In this document: positions 28,611 through 37,942 of the stretch, in pieces
Layout: each line of letters opens with the position of its first letter
How positions within the stretch are numbered: the stretch's first letter is position 1
Assembly: GCF_045131395.1 (NCBI RefSeq)
Contig: NZ_JBGUQY010000024.1
Location: forward strand, 86,069 to 150,068
DNA: 64,000 nt
From: Fibrobacter sp.
GTDB taxonomy: Bacteria; Fibrobacterota; Fibrobacteria; Fibrobacterales; Fibrobacteraceae
Reading direction: 5' to 3'
Notes under the pieces: model-generated
Told to the model about the DNA's origin: nothing
Databases searched by the model: none
Seen by the model: only the letters and a program-made list of their open reading frames with translations
Position numbers and translations under genes: made by a program

Positions 28611-29930
28611 ATGAACCGCATTGAAAACACGACTACGGGGTTAGTGACGAGATTTCTATGCGCATTATTTTTGGCATTTTCGCTGCACCTCTTAGGGTGC
28701 AGCAATAGTGAATCTGTATACATAGGTCTAGTAGAAGAATATACGGCCAGCGGTAACGAGGTTAATACACGATACGTCGATTCATACGACCAAGAATTCC
28801 CCTATGCCGGCATTCCTAAAATCGTCATCGAGACAGAAAACGCCCAAAAGATAACTGACCGCGAAACAGAGATTCCAGCAAAATTCCAACTTTGGGAAAA
28901 AAACGGTCCTGCAAGTAGCATTGTAGACTTGACCATCCGCGGACGGGGCAACAGTTCATGGAACGCCCCCAAAAAAAGCTACAAGATAGAGTTTTCGCAA
29001 AAGCAATCATTATTAGGGATGCCCGCCAATCGCGACTGGGCGCTTATATCAAACTATGCAGATAAGACATTAATGAAGAACTACCTGACGTACAGTTTGT
29101 CTGCAAGACTCGGGGCCTATTATTCCCCCAGGTGCGAATTTGTCGAATTGTACCTTAATGGCGACTACCTTGGAGTTTACCTGCTTACAGAGACGATTAA
29201 AATCGGGAAAGACCGAATAAACATACCGGATAATTCAGATTCATACATTGTCGAGTTCGACGGGAAACTCCGCGAAAACGAGCAGGCGGTGCGTTCCAAC
29301 GTAATAAACACCAACGGCAAAACCTTTAGGATTCACGATCCCAAGAATGCTTCAGAAGAAGCTCTATCAACTATAAAAGAGCACATCCGTTCCTTTGAAA
29401 CGTTCTTAATCAACATGGATAACGCAGACAGTTTAAGCCTGTGGATAGACTTGGCGGAATACGTCAAGCACTACTGGGTTCAGGAGTTTTCTAAGAATCC
29501 AGATGCGACTTTTTATACGAGCGTCTATTTTTCTTGGGTTAAGGGCGGGTTGATAAAGATGGGGCCCGTGTGGGATTTTGATTTGGCTTTTGGTGGCCAC
29601 GGCATGGAGCATATTAACTCAACCGAAAACTGGCAATTAAAAGACAGCTATTGGAACGCCTATATTTTCAAGGATTCTACCACGGACCAAGCCCGAATCG
29701 ATTTCTGGAAACAACATAGGGAGCAGTTCGTCAAAACGATAGACGAGGCAGATTCTATCTGCTCATTGCTACAAGGTGCCGCAGAGAACAACTTTAAACG
29801 GTGGGATGTTCTCAACAGCACGAAATATATAGATCACCGCCATGCATACAACACCTACGAAGAAGCTGTCGAAGACTTAAAAGATTGGATTCGCAACCGA
29901 ATCCAATGGATCGACGAACAGATTCAGTAA
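28611..29930 (+). CDS. CotH-family lipoprotein
   Basis: Lipobox HLLGCS. LTIRGRGNSSWNAPKKSYKIEFSQKQSLLGMPANRDWALISNYADKTLMKN. Paralog of 8538..9821 (shared YAGIP+VVIET.N.Q.I.DRETEIPAK). Confidence 0.75.
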   Translation: MNRIENTTTGLVTRFLCALFLAFSLHLLGCSNSESVYIGLVEEYTASGNEVNTRYVDSYDQEFPYAGIPKIVIETENAQKITDRETEIPAKFQLWEKNGPASSIVDLTIRGRGNSSWNAPKKSYKIEFSQKQSLLGMPANRDWALISNYADKTLMKNYLTYSLSARLGAYYSPRCEFVELYLNGDYLGVYLLTETIKIGKDRINIPDNSDSYIVEFDGKLRENEQAVRSNVINTNGKTFRIHDPKNASEEALSTIKEHIRSFETFLINMDNADSLSLWIDLAEYVKHYWVQEFSKNPDATFYTSVYFSWVKGGLIKMGPVWDFDLAFGGHGMEHINSTENWQLKDSYWNAYIFKDSTTDQARIDFWKQHREQFVKTIDEADSICSLLQGAAENNFKRWDVLNSTKYIDHRHAYNTYEEAVEDLKDWIRNRIQWIDEQIQ

Positions 29931-29950
29931 GTGTTGCAAGCTTTGAGTTA

Positions 29951-32878
29951 CTACCTCAGTCTTCTCAGGCCGCGGGGCATGGGGATTTCGGTGCCGTCTT
30001 CGCCCAGCAGGTAGATGTTGTCGAGGCTGATGTAGCCCTTGCCGCTGTAACGGGCGCGCCAGGAGAAGTTCTTGATTTGCTTCGGGTCCAGCTGCGGGAT
30101 TGTTTTGCCCCAGCCTTCTTGTTTCATGTTTTCCCAGATGAGGGTGTCGCGGACCCAGCTGCCATGGGTGTTTTTCAGGCGCACCATGAATTCGTCGTAG
30201 TCCTTGACCTGTTCGCTGGCGATTTGCACTTCGAAATAGCCGTCGGGGTTATTATGGTTCGTGGCGTAGTCGAACACAATGCCCACAGACTTCTTGACTT
30301 CGGGGGAAATCACGTAGTAAGCGCCGGCGAAGTTGGGCCAGCCCTGTGCAGGGGGCTGCTCGATCACAAAGTCGTGGCGGATAAAGCCACCGTGCGGGGG
30401 CGCTCCGTTAAACACCTTGGCTTCGATGGCGGTAGCGTTGTCGCCGTTTGCCACGGGGAACCAGTCAACGGCATCGAGGCCGTTATCGAAATTCTGCATC
30501 ACATGGGTGGTTCGGTAGGCGCCGCGAACGCGGAACGGAATTTCAAGGGCCGTCACCTTACCGCCGAGGCCCTGCACGACCACGCGAATGGTGCGGGCCG
30601 CAGAACGCATGTCGGCCGGCACAGGAATCTGGACATGGAAACTTTCGATCGATGCATTCCACTTGCCGTCATCGGGGGTTACGGCGACTTCATAGGTTCC
30701 CTGCTTGCCCCAGTTATCCACACTCACGGAACCATTGGTCAGCTGGCCGTTCGGCTGGGTCACGGTCACAAAGAGGTCAATGGTATCCCCCGCCATCAAC
30801 ACCTTCTTTTCGAGGGCGGCGGCGAGAATCACGGGCTTTGCGGCCTTATCCTTCGTGGCAGCATCGAGGCCCACCACCTTCGGGTTAATTTGTACAACAG
30901 CTAACCCATAAGGAGGAATTTCAACATCCTTGCTCTTGCTGGGGTTCAGGCGGCGACCGCTAGGGCCCATTTTCGGGTACGGGTAAGCATTCTGCGAGGT
31001 GCCCACCCACTTGAACTGATCTTCGCCAAAGATTTCGACCTGCGTACGCACCAAATCCGATGCCTTGCTGGCGCGGTCAATTTGCACCACCTGCTTTGCT
31101 CCGGACAAGTTCACCAACATCACTCGGGCAGAATCGCCCTTGCCAATGGCGTAGGCCGCGATATCGGGGCTAGTACTTTCTACAGGCATTACGGCGTAAC
31201 CGTCTTGCAAGAAATCCATGAAGGTCATGTAGAGACCGTAATATTCCGCGGTAGGTTCCAGGGACTTCCAGTAATTCCAGGAGCCTTCCTTGGCGAGGGC
31301 CGTCATGCTGATAGTGCCCCAGGTGTCATCGGGGCCCTTGAACACGTTGCCAAAGGCATCCCAGGGGAGCACCTGCAAACGGTTGCCGAAACGCATGGCG
31401 TGCTGCGCAAAGATGCTTGCCACGGCTGCTGCCTGGGGGTAATCCATGAGCAGGCTAAAGCCCTGCACGCAAGTGCTGAATTCCGAGAGGAACACGCGAC
31501 GTTCGCCTTCCAGGTAGCGTTTCATCCACACGTTGAGCGTATCCATGTTGGGGCTCACATCCAACATGGCCTTGAGCATTTCTCCGGCGTCGGGAGCGTT
31601 AGGCGTCCAGTAAGGATAATTGTGCAAGTCCACCACATCCAGGTAGCGCTTGCCGTCTTTCTTTTCGGCCTCGCCCACGATGCGCAGGAATTCTTCCATC
31701 CAGTACTTGCCATCCAGAATGCCGGCGCCCTTCTGCTGCATTTTGTGGGTACTCAGGAGCGGTCCGTGCAAGATGATGGTGGAATCCACCGCCTTCATGG
31801 CACGGGCGTATTCCAGGAATCGGGAGGCGTAATGCCTTGCCGAAATGGGGCCGGATTCTTCCCATTCGCCGTCCAGTTCGTTGCCGATTTCCCACTGTTT
31901 AATGTTGTAGCCCTTCACCTTGTTGGCGTAGCGCACCCAAGCCGCGGCTTCCTTAGAAGTACCCGTACCCGCGTTCACGCAGATAACCGCCTGCGCATTG
32001 GGAAGGGTTTTGATATACTTCATGAATTCTTCGAAGTCCCACTTGATGTCAGTCCAGTCGGTACGGGCCTTGTCGCCGTTGCGGGTAGACATGGCGTAGA
32101 ACTTGTAGTTGTTGCCACCCAGCAAATCCGTTTCGCCGCTATAGAGCTTCATTTCGCGAATCTGCACACCCTTGGTGGGCAAATCGGACGTCTTGAAGCG
32201 TATAGCCACATAGCGGGTACGCAGCTGCTTGAACTTGTACTTGGTGGTAGCGCCATTGACCTTGACGGTCCCAGCCACTTTCAACTTGTTTTCCAAGGCC
32301 TGGTGCACGCCCGGATATTCGGCGTAGTCTTCGGTCCAGTAGGCAAATTCAAATGCCTTGGGGCGGAGGTTTCCCCAGTCAATCTGCAAGGAATCCAGGT
32401 TCATCTTTTCGGGGAATTCCACCACAATCCAGGGCGGATCAACGGGGTCCAAAATTTCGCCCCACCACATGGTTTCCATGTTGTCGTCGGCCAGGTGGCT
32501 GCGGCGCACAAAGCCGTAGTTGTCCTTGGTGGTGCCGCGATAAATGGTTTCGCCTAAAAAGCCGCGGGCCCACTTTTTCTCGTCGGGGGTCCAGAGGCCG
32601 GTGCTGTCGTAACTGCCGACACCGTTCCAGTGGTAATCATTTGAAAGCGATCCGTTGGGGAAGCGGAACAGGGTGTAGCCACCGTCCACAAGGGCCCGGG
32701 TCATGTCGTAATAGCGGCTAGGCGGATTCCAAATGGCCAAGTCCGCAGACATCATGTTGTCTTTGTTGATGACGATTCCCGGATGCTTGTCGTCAACGCG
32801 AACGACGTTCTGCGCGGCAAAAGAAGCGGCGCAACAGGCTAAACCCGCCAAGGCGGCAAAAGCAAAACGATTTTTCAT
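29951..32878 (-). CDS. secreted clan GH-A-like glycoside hydrolase with discoidin (F5/8 type C)-like insert
   Basis: Signal peptide from the ATG at 32878. FRFPNGSLSNDYHWNG and WEIGNELDGEW (GNE acid/base-like) motifs, plus a discoidin-like stretch (WIVVEFPEKMNLDSLQIDW...VAIRF). Family not assigned. Confidence 0.55.
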   Translation of the reverse strand: MKNRFAFAALAGLACCAASFAAQNVVRVDDKHPGIVINKDNMMSADLAIWNPPSRYYDMTRALVDGGYTLFRFPNGSLSNDYHWNGVGSYDSTGLWTPDEKKWARGFLGETIYRGTTKDNYGFVRRSHLADDNMETMWWGEILDPVDPPWIVVEFPEKMNLDSLQIDWGNLRPKAFEFAYWTEDYAEYPGVHQALENKLKVAGTVKVNGATTKYKFKQLRTRYVAIRFKTSDLPTKGVQIREMKLYSGETDLLGGNNYKFYAMSTRNGDKARTDWTDIKWDFEEFMKYIKTLPNAQAVICVNAGTGTSKEAAAWVRYANKVKGYNIKQWEIGNELDGEWEESGPISARHYASRFLEYARAMKAVDSTIILHGPLLSTHKMQQKGAGILDGKYWMEEFLRIVGEAEKKDGKRYLDVVDLHNYPYWTPNAPDAGEMLKAMLDVSPNMDTLNVWMKRYLEGERRVFLSEFSTCVQGFSLLMDYPQAAAVASIFAQHAMRFGNRLQVLPWDAFGNVFKGPDDTWGTISMTALAKEGSWNYWKSLEPTAEYYGLYMTFMDFLQDGYAVMPVESTSPDIAAYAIGKGDSARVMLVNLSGAKQVVQIDRASKASDLVRTQVEIFGEDQFKWVGTSQNAYPYPKMGPSGRRLNPSKSKDVEIPPYGLAVVQINPKVVGLDAATKDKAAKPVILAAALEKKVLMAGDTIDLFVTVTQPNGQLTNGSVSVDNWGKQGTYEVAVTPDDGKWNASIESFHVQIPVPADMRSAARTIRVVVQGLGGKVTALEIPFRVRGAYRTTHVMQNFDNGLDAVDWFPVANGDNATAIEAKVFNGAPPHGGFIRHDFVIEQPPAQGWPNFAGAYYVISPEVKKSVGIVFDYATNHNNPDGYFEVQIASEQVKDYDEFMVRLKNTHGSWVRDTLIWENMKQEGWGKTIPQLDPKQIKNFSWRARYSGKGYISLDNIYLLGEDGTEIPMPRGLRRLR

Positions 32879-32913
32879 AAAAACCTCTCGGGGTAAATAT
32901 AATTCAAAAAGAG

Positions 32914-32935
32914 ATGCCCGGTCGGAGCCGGGCAT
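32914..32935 (-). terminator. rho-independent terminator downstream of the GH9 gene
   Basis: Perfect 8-bp stem ATGCCCGG/CCGGGCAT, followed on the minus strand by CTCTTTTT. Confidence 0.6.
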
Positions 32936-32987
32936 GACAACTACGGAATGGATTGCTTCGCCCTATTAAAGGGCTCGCAATGACGTG

Positions 32988-34796
32988 CTACTTAATCCTA
33001 TGACCATTCAGGTTGAAGCGCTTGCCGTTCTTTTCGACGAAGAGCTTCTGGTTGGCAAAGCGCAGGCGCGGAGCAGCCTCGGCGTTAACCTTGCGAGAGG
33101 TCAACGGACGCTTCTCGATGCTGGCAACACCGGCCACGGCGGGAATGAATCCATTGCTCATGGCTTCGATAGCACCGGCGAGGTAGGCAAAGGGGGCATT
33201 CCAGTTGATAGCCACTTCGTTGGTGGCATAGCTGCAATTGTTGTCGATATAAGACGTTGCCGCATTGCCCGTTCTGTAATCCTTGCATTCCCAGGTTTCA
33301 GAGCCGATGTCTTCGCCACCGGGCTGGGGGCCACCCACGAGCATGCCCGGAATCGGGTCAGTAATCTTGTCAGAGGTACTCGGGCGGTGGTGAGGTTTCA
33401 TGGGAGTCTTGGTACCGTAACCGGTCAAGAAGGACATATCCAGCGGGTTCTTGCCCAGCAGGTAATCCAGAACCTTGACGGCAGCCTGGTAATACTTCTT
33501 TTCGCCAGTAATGTAGTAGGCGTGCAACAGCCAAACACCCTGGTTTGCGGCCACTGCATTGGAGCCCCACACAAAATCGTTCTTGGCCATTACCACGCCA
33601 AAGCCAGTCTGGGCACGGGCCACAAAGACATCGGCCACCTTCAGCAAGCTATCCTTTGCCGCCTGGGCCACATTGCCAAATTCGGGGGCATGGGTTACAA
33701 TACCGTAAGTAGCGAGGCCACCCACATCGGCCCAGCTGGGGATATTTCCCGAGGCGTCATTGGGCTTGTAAGTCGCATCGCCGGTAGTCACGAAGAGTTC
33801 CGTAGAAGCGAAGAGCTTTTCATCTTCTAGCCAGTTGTCGCCATATTCACCGGTCTGCACGCCGGTGGGGTTGTGGTAAGCCTTGTTCGGGTTCTGGGCG
33901 CCCCAAGCGTAAGCCTTCTTGGCGGCTTCAAGACACTTGCTGGCATAAGTTGCATCGAAAGGCTTGTACACGCGGGCAGCCACGGCCATGACGCCTGCAA
34001 AGTCAAAAGTAGCGGCAGTGCCCTTGCCAATCACGTAAATGGGGTCGGTATCCTGCGCCGGCATCACGTCGCCCGGGAATCCGAGAGAGGTGAGCTTGTG
34101 GTAAACGCCACCATCGGAGGCCTGCATGGTCAGCATCCAATCCAGGTTCCACTTGATTTCGGCAAGGAGATCCGGCAGGGTTCCGTCGGCAGGAATATTC
34201 CACCTGAGGGTATTAAAATAGTTGGGGAAATGTTCGTACAGAGAAAGGAGCGTATAAGTAGTAATGCCCGAATTCACGATGTAGCGGCCATAGTCGCCAG
34301 CATCATACCAGCCCTTTGTAGAGTTGATGGAGCCGGATTCTCCGGTAGAGTTATGGAGCTGCGAACTGGCATTGGTATGACCTGCGGCACGTTTCCACTG
34401 ACCGGCATAGGTTTCGTCCAAAGCCATGGAGGCACGCTGGTAGTAGTACCACTTCAAAGAGGCCTTGACCACGTCTACATAGGTATTGGCGGCAATTTTA
34501 AGGTCTTGGCGAAGTTCCTGGCCACCTACCTTAATCTTATAGGTACCCGGGGTGTTCAAATCCGAGAAATCCACCAGCTGCACGTTTTGGCCGCTGGCGC
34601 TCCAGTTCGAAGCTGCCGAAGGGGTCACCGTGAGAACCGCAGTTCCCGAAGCATCGGTAATTTCCACCGTGCCGTTAGCGTCGGTCAGGGCGAACTCCTT
34701 GATATCGCCGGGGCGGTAACCCACCTGGTTAATATAGGCCGTAGCGGCAGAGGCAACTGTCGCCAGGGAAAGCATTGCTATACCAAATTTGAGCAT
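32988..34796 (-). CDS. glycoside hydrolase family 9 endoglucanase with N-terminal Ig-like domain and basic C-terminal tail
   Basis: GWYDAGDYGRY, HHRPS, GGPQPGGED and YATNEVAINWNAPF are GH9 hallmarks. ATG at 34796 gives the signal peptide MLKFGIAMLSLATVASA. The tail is rich in K/R. Confidence 0.9.
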   Translation of the reverse strand: MLKFGIAMLSLATVASAATAYINQVGYRPGDIKEFALTDANGTVEITDASGTAVLTVTPSAASNWSASGQNVQLVDFSDLNTPGTYKIKVGGQELRQDLKIAANTYVDVVKASLKWYYYQRASMALDETYAGQWKRAAGHTNASSQLHNSTGESGSINSTKGWYDAGDYGRYIVNSGITTYTLLSLYEHFPNYFNTLRWNIPADGTLPDLLAEIKWNLDWMLTMQASDGGVYHKLTSLGFPGDVMPAQDTDPIYVIGKGTAATFDFAGVMAVAARVYKPFDATYASKCLEAAKKAYAWGAQNPNKAYHNPTGVQTGEYGDNWLEDEKLFASTELFVTTGDATYKPNDASGNIPSWADVGGLATYGIVTHAPEFGNVAQAAKDSLLKVADVFVARAQTGFGVVMAKNDFVWGSNAVAANQGVWLLHAYYITGEKKYYQAAVKVLDYLLGKNPLDMSFLTGYGTKTPMKPHHRPSTSDKITDPIPGMLVGGPQPGGEDIGSETWECKDYRTGNAATSYIDNNCSYATNEVAINWNAPFAYLAGAIEAMSNGFIPAVAGVASIEKRPLTSRKVNAEAAPRLRFANQKLFVEKNGKRFNLNGHRIK

Positions 34797-34828
34797 CTCA
34801 AACACTCCTTATAACATCCATTTTTTTT

Positions 34829-34836
34829 CAAATATA
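34829..34836 (-). promoter_or_regulatory. candidate -7 box TATATTTG
   Basis: Exact TATATTTG on the minus strand, ~30 nt upstream of the GH9 ATG. AAGGAG lies 8 nt before the ATG. Confidence 0.4.
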
Positions 34837-34840
34837 TTTC

Positions 34841-34872
34841 AAAAAAGGCGGGAAAGGTGTCCCTTTTCCGCC
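34841..34872 (-). terminator. rho-independent terminator after the esterase gene
   Basis: GGCGGGAAAGG/CCTTTTCCGCC hairpin, followed on the minus strand by a T-run. Confidence 0.6.
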
Positions 34873-34900
34873 AAAACTGGATACAAGTGTACCCAATGTA

Positions 34901-36160
34901 TTACTTTTTCGCGAATTTCAGGCTTTTTTGTATTCCAGATGGGAATGTTACAACAATGGCGTAATGCCCCGAAGAAAGCCAGGACAGGTCCAGAGCCCCA
35001 CGGAAGCGACCCCTCCAAACAGTGGCACCATCCATGGAGACGATGGCGCAACGGTATTCTCCCCCGTTCCCGAAGGCCACCAGTTTGTCGCCCATCAAGC
35101 CGACATGAGCCAACTGTTTCCAGTTCGAAGACAAGCGAGTCACCACCGAATCGTTATCCAGAGAATCCGTAACCGTAGAATCCGTCTTGGAGGAATCCGC
35201 CGTCGAATCCAGAAGGGCTTTTTGCGCCTTGGCTTCACGGGCAGTATCAAAGAAACTGACCATCTTGTCCAAATTCTCGGAGACATACATTTCAGAACTG
35301 CCATGGCTTCCGTTCGGCACCGAGACCAGCTCCGTCACCACATTATGATTTTTAAGGGAATCGTAAAGTTCCTGACTCTGTTCCGGATTCACAATCTGGT
35401 CTTTTGTTCCATGGAACATAATGATCGGCGGATCGTCTTCGCTGGCATAGTAGGGGGAACTGGCGACCATCCATTTGTCCTTGTTCCCTTCGCGTTCAAC
35501 ACCGATGAAGGCGCCTTCGAAAGTTCCGCTGCCCATGAAGCTGTTGATAGGATTCATGGTGTAAATGTCCGTCGGAGGCGACCAAAGTGTTGCAGCGTCA
35601 ATACAGCTGCTATACTGTGTATAATCGCCTAAGTCACCTACCAAGTCCACCGTCACGGTGCCAGACTTGCCTTCCTTCAAGCCGCAGGTTGTCGCCACAA
35701 GGCTTGATAGGTGACCGCCCGAGGAGAACCCGGACATAGCAATAAAACTCGAATCAATTTTGTACTTGGCCGTATTGCCGCGCAAAAAACGTACAACAGC
35801 CTTAAGGTCATGCAGCTGCGCCGGATACTTGGCGTCGTCTGCAGAACGGTGGTTCGGGGTCACCACGGCATACCCCGCTTTCAGGAGCGCATTGCAGATG
35901 GTTCCCAAGTCCGCAGAACCTTTGGAATTGTTCATGCTCCAGGCGCTACCGTAGGTGTGAATCACCACCGGATAAGCATCCTTGACCTCTTTCGGCAAGT
36001 AAATGTCAAGCGTATGATAAACCTTGTCATCGCCGACATAGTTTAAATCGGCAAATTTTTCGGAATATTCAATTTTGCCTTGACCTTGCTGGCCGCCAAA
36101 ACCCTGCGCAAAGGTCGAAACCGTTGCCACAAGGCACAATACACCCACCATTTTATTCAT
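34901..36160 (-). CDS. secreted alpha/beta-hydrolase (carbohydrate esterase-like) with C-terminal sorting-type beta domain
   Basis: Signal peptide, GFSSGGH nucleophile elbow, HGTKDQIV and GSHG. The last ~80 aa resemble a T9SS-type C-terminal domain. Confidence 0.75.
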   Translation of the reverse strand: MNKMVGVLCLVATVSTFAQGFGGQQGQGKIEYSEKFADLNYVGDDKVYHTLDIYLPKEVKDAYPVVIHTYGSAWSMNNSKGSADLGTICNALLKAGYAVVTPNHRSADDAKYPAQLHDLKAVVRFLRGNTAKYKIDSSFIAMSGFSSGGHLSSLVATTCGLKEGKSGTVTVDLVGDLGDYTQYSSCIDAATLWSPPTDIYTMNPINSFMGSGTFEGAFIGVEREGNKDKWMVASSPYYASEDDPPIIMFHGTKDQIVNPEQSQELYDSLKNHNVVTELVSVPNGSHGSSEMYVSENLDKMVSFFDTAREAKAQKALLDSTADSSKTDSTVTDSLDNDSVVTRLSSNWKQLAHVGLMGDKLVAFGNGGEYRCAIVSMDGATVWRGRFRGALDLSWLSSGHYAIVVTFPSGIQKSLKFAKK

Positions 36161-36199
36161 TTTAACCCCATTCCTTTTGGAATACTAATAAAATAAATC

Positions 36200-36228
36200 A
36201 AAAATCCCCGGAACGAATCGTTCCAGGG
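36200..36228 (-). terminator. rho-independent terminator after dxr
   Basis: CCCCGGAACG/CGTTCCAGGG stem (one mismatch), followed on the minus strand by ATTTTTGATTT. Confidence 0.5.
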
Positions 36229-36253
36229 AATTAAGCGTTGTATAGAACAACAA

Positions 36254-37402
36254 CTACTTGATTAAGGCTGCGGTGAGCTTGCGGGCTTCGGCGTCGGCTT
36301 CAAGCACCTGGTCCAGCGTCAAGTGGCCCGTTACGTTCGGGGCACCGGCCATAATGGTTTCCACATGGCGCGGAATGTCGGTGAACTTCAGGTTACCCTT
36401 GAGGAAGGCATCTACCAGAACTTCGTTGGCGGCATTCATCATGGAGGGCACGATACCGCCGCGGCGGCCAGCTTCGAAGGCGAGGGCGAGGCAACGGAAC
36501 TTGTTGAAGTCCGGTTCGAAGAAGGTGAGCTTTGCAAGGGTCGGCAAGTCGATGCGCTTGGTATCCAGCGGCAAGCGGTCGGGCCAAGTGAGAGCCACTT
36601 GAATCGGAATGCGCATGTCAGGAGCGCCGAGCTGGGCCATCAGGGAACCGTCGCGGAACTGCACCAGGGAATGCACCATGGACTGCGGGTGAACCACCAC
36701 CTTGATCTGGTCATAAGGAATGTGGAACAAGAAGTGAGCTTCGAGCACTTCGAGGCCCTTGTTCATCATGGAAGCGGAGTCGATGGTAATCTTCTTGCCC
36801 ATGCTCCACACCGGGTGATTGAGGGCGTCTGCCACGGTGATGTTTTCAAACTTTTCAATGGGCCATTCGCGGAAAGGGCCACCCGAAGCGGTGATTTCCA
36901 GGAATTCGACTTCGTGTTCGCGCTTGCCGCCTTCGAGGCACTGGAAAATGGCGCTGTGTTCAGAGTCGATCGGCGTAATGAAGGACTTCGGATTTTCAGC
37001 CAGCTTGTCCCAGATAACCGGGCCCGCCATGACCATGGTTTCTTTGTTTGCAAGAGCCACATGCTTGCCGTGTTCAATAGCGGTAATGGTCGGGAGGCAG
37101 CCCACGGCACCCATCAAGGAGTTGATGATGATGTCGGCCTTCGGGTCGGCGGCCAGTTCGCAAAGGCCTTCCATACCGGCCAGCACCTTCATGCCCAGTT
37201 CTTTTTCAAGTTCCTTCGCGGCATTCGGGTCGAACATGCACACGCGTTCAACCTTGTACTTGCGCACGATTTCGGCAACCTTGGCCACGCTGCTGTTAGC
37301 GGCAACGGCGTAGAGATTGAAAATATCAGAATGCTGGTGTATGACATCGACGCTAGAAGTACCGATAGAACCGGTGGCACCGAGAAGGACTACGTTTTTC
37401 AT
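36254..37402 (-). CDS. dxr: 1-deoxy-D-xylulose 5-phosphate reductoisomerase
   Basis: LLGATGSIGTSSVDV, LANKETMV, PIDSEHSAIFQC, NKGLEVLEAH. Confidence 0.95.
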   Translation of the reverse strand: MKNVVLLGATGSIGTSSVDVIHQHSDIFNLYAVAANSSVAKVAEIVRKYKVERVCMFDPNAAKELEKELGMKVLAGMEGLCELAADPKADIIINSLMGAVGCLPTITAIEHGKHVALANKETMVMAGPVIWDKLAENPKSFITPIDSEHSAIFQCLEGGKREHEVEFLEITASGGPFREWPIEKFENITVADALNHPVWSMGKKITIDSASMMNKGLEVLEAHFLFHIPYDQIKVVVHPQSMVHSLVQFRDGSLMAQLGAPDMRIPIQVALTWPDRLPLDTKRIDLPTLAKLTFFEPDFNKFRCLALAFEAGRRGGIVPSMMNAANEVLVDAFLKGNLKFTDIPRHVETIMAGAPNVTGHLTLDQVLEADAEARKLTAALIK

Positions 37403-37477
37403 GTTAAGACCTCAAAATATTTTGACTATAAGATAAAAAATTGAGACCGCGGAATTTCAAATATCTATTATTTAGGC

Positions 37478-37930
37478 ATGCTCCCGAACGATGTAAACGC
37501 CCTCATCAAAAAACTCTCCCCCTTCATGGAAGAGGATTCGGAGATTTTCCGTGAACTGATGACCTTTTTCGGGCAAGGCTCCAAGATAGACGTTCACCAC
37601 GGCGACCTGTCCAAATTCCTGGGCCCCAAGCGCCTTTACCGCGTGATTCGCCTGAAGGGAGAAAGCTACAAGGACTGCGTTTACCAGCTGGTGGACAACT
37701 ATCCGGAATCCATGGAAGCCTTGGGCATGCTGCGCTACTACAAGGCGCCTACAGGCCCCGTGCGTTGGGAAGAAGTGGAAGCCGCCGAAATTGCCATCGG
37801 CAAGGAGCTGACCATGGCTACCTACGGGTGGATGCCCGATGCATGGACTCTTTTTGAAAAAGGTCCGCAAGGCGATGAAGGCGGCGAGCATGAGCTGGTC
37901 GCGATCCTTGCATTCGATTTAGGGGAATAA
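37478..37930 (+). CDS. hypothetical protein
   Basis: 150-aa ORF with ordinary amino-acid composition. The overlapping minus-strand ORF looks like a shadow frame. Confidence 0.5.
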   Translation: MLPNDVNALIKKLSPFMEEDSEIFRELMTFFGQGSKIDVHHGDLSKFLGPKRLYRVIRLKGESYKDCVYQLVDNYPESMEALGMLRYYKAPTGPVRWEEVEAAEIAIGKELTMATYGWMPDAWTLFEKGPQGDEGGEHELVAILAFDLGE

Positions 37931-37942
37931 CCCGCCCTCTAC

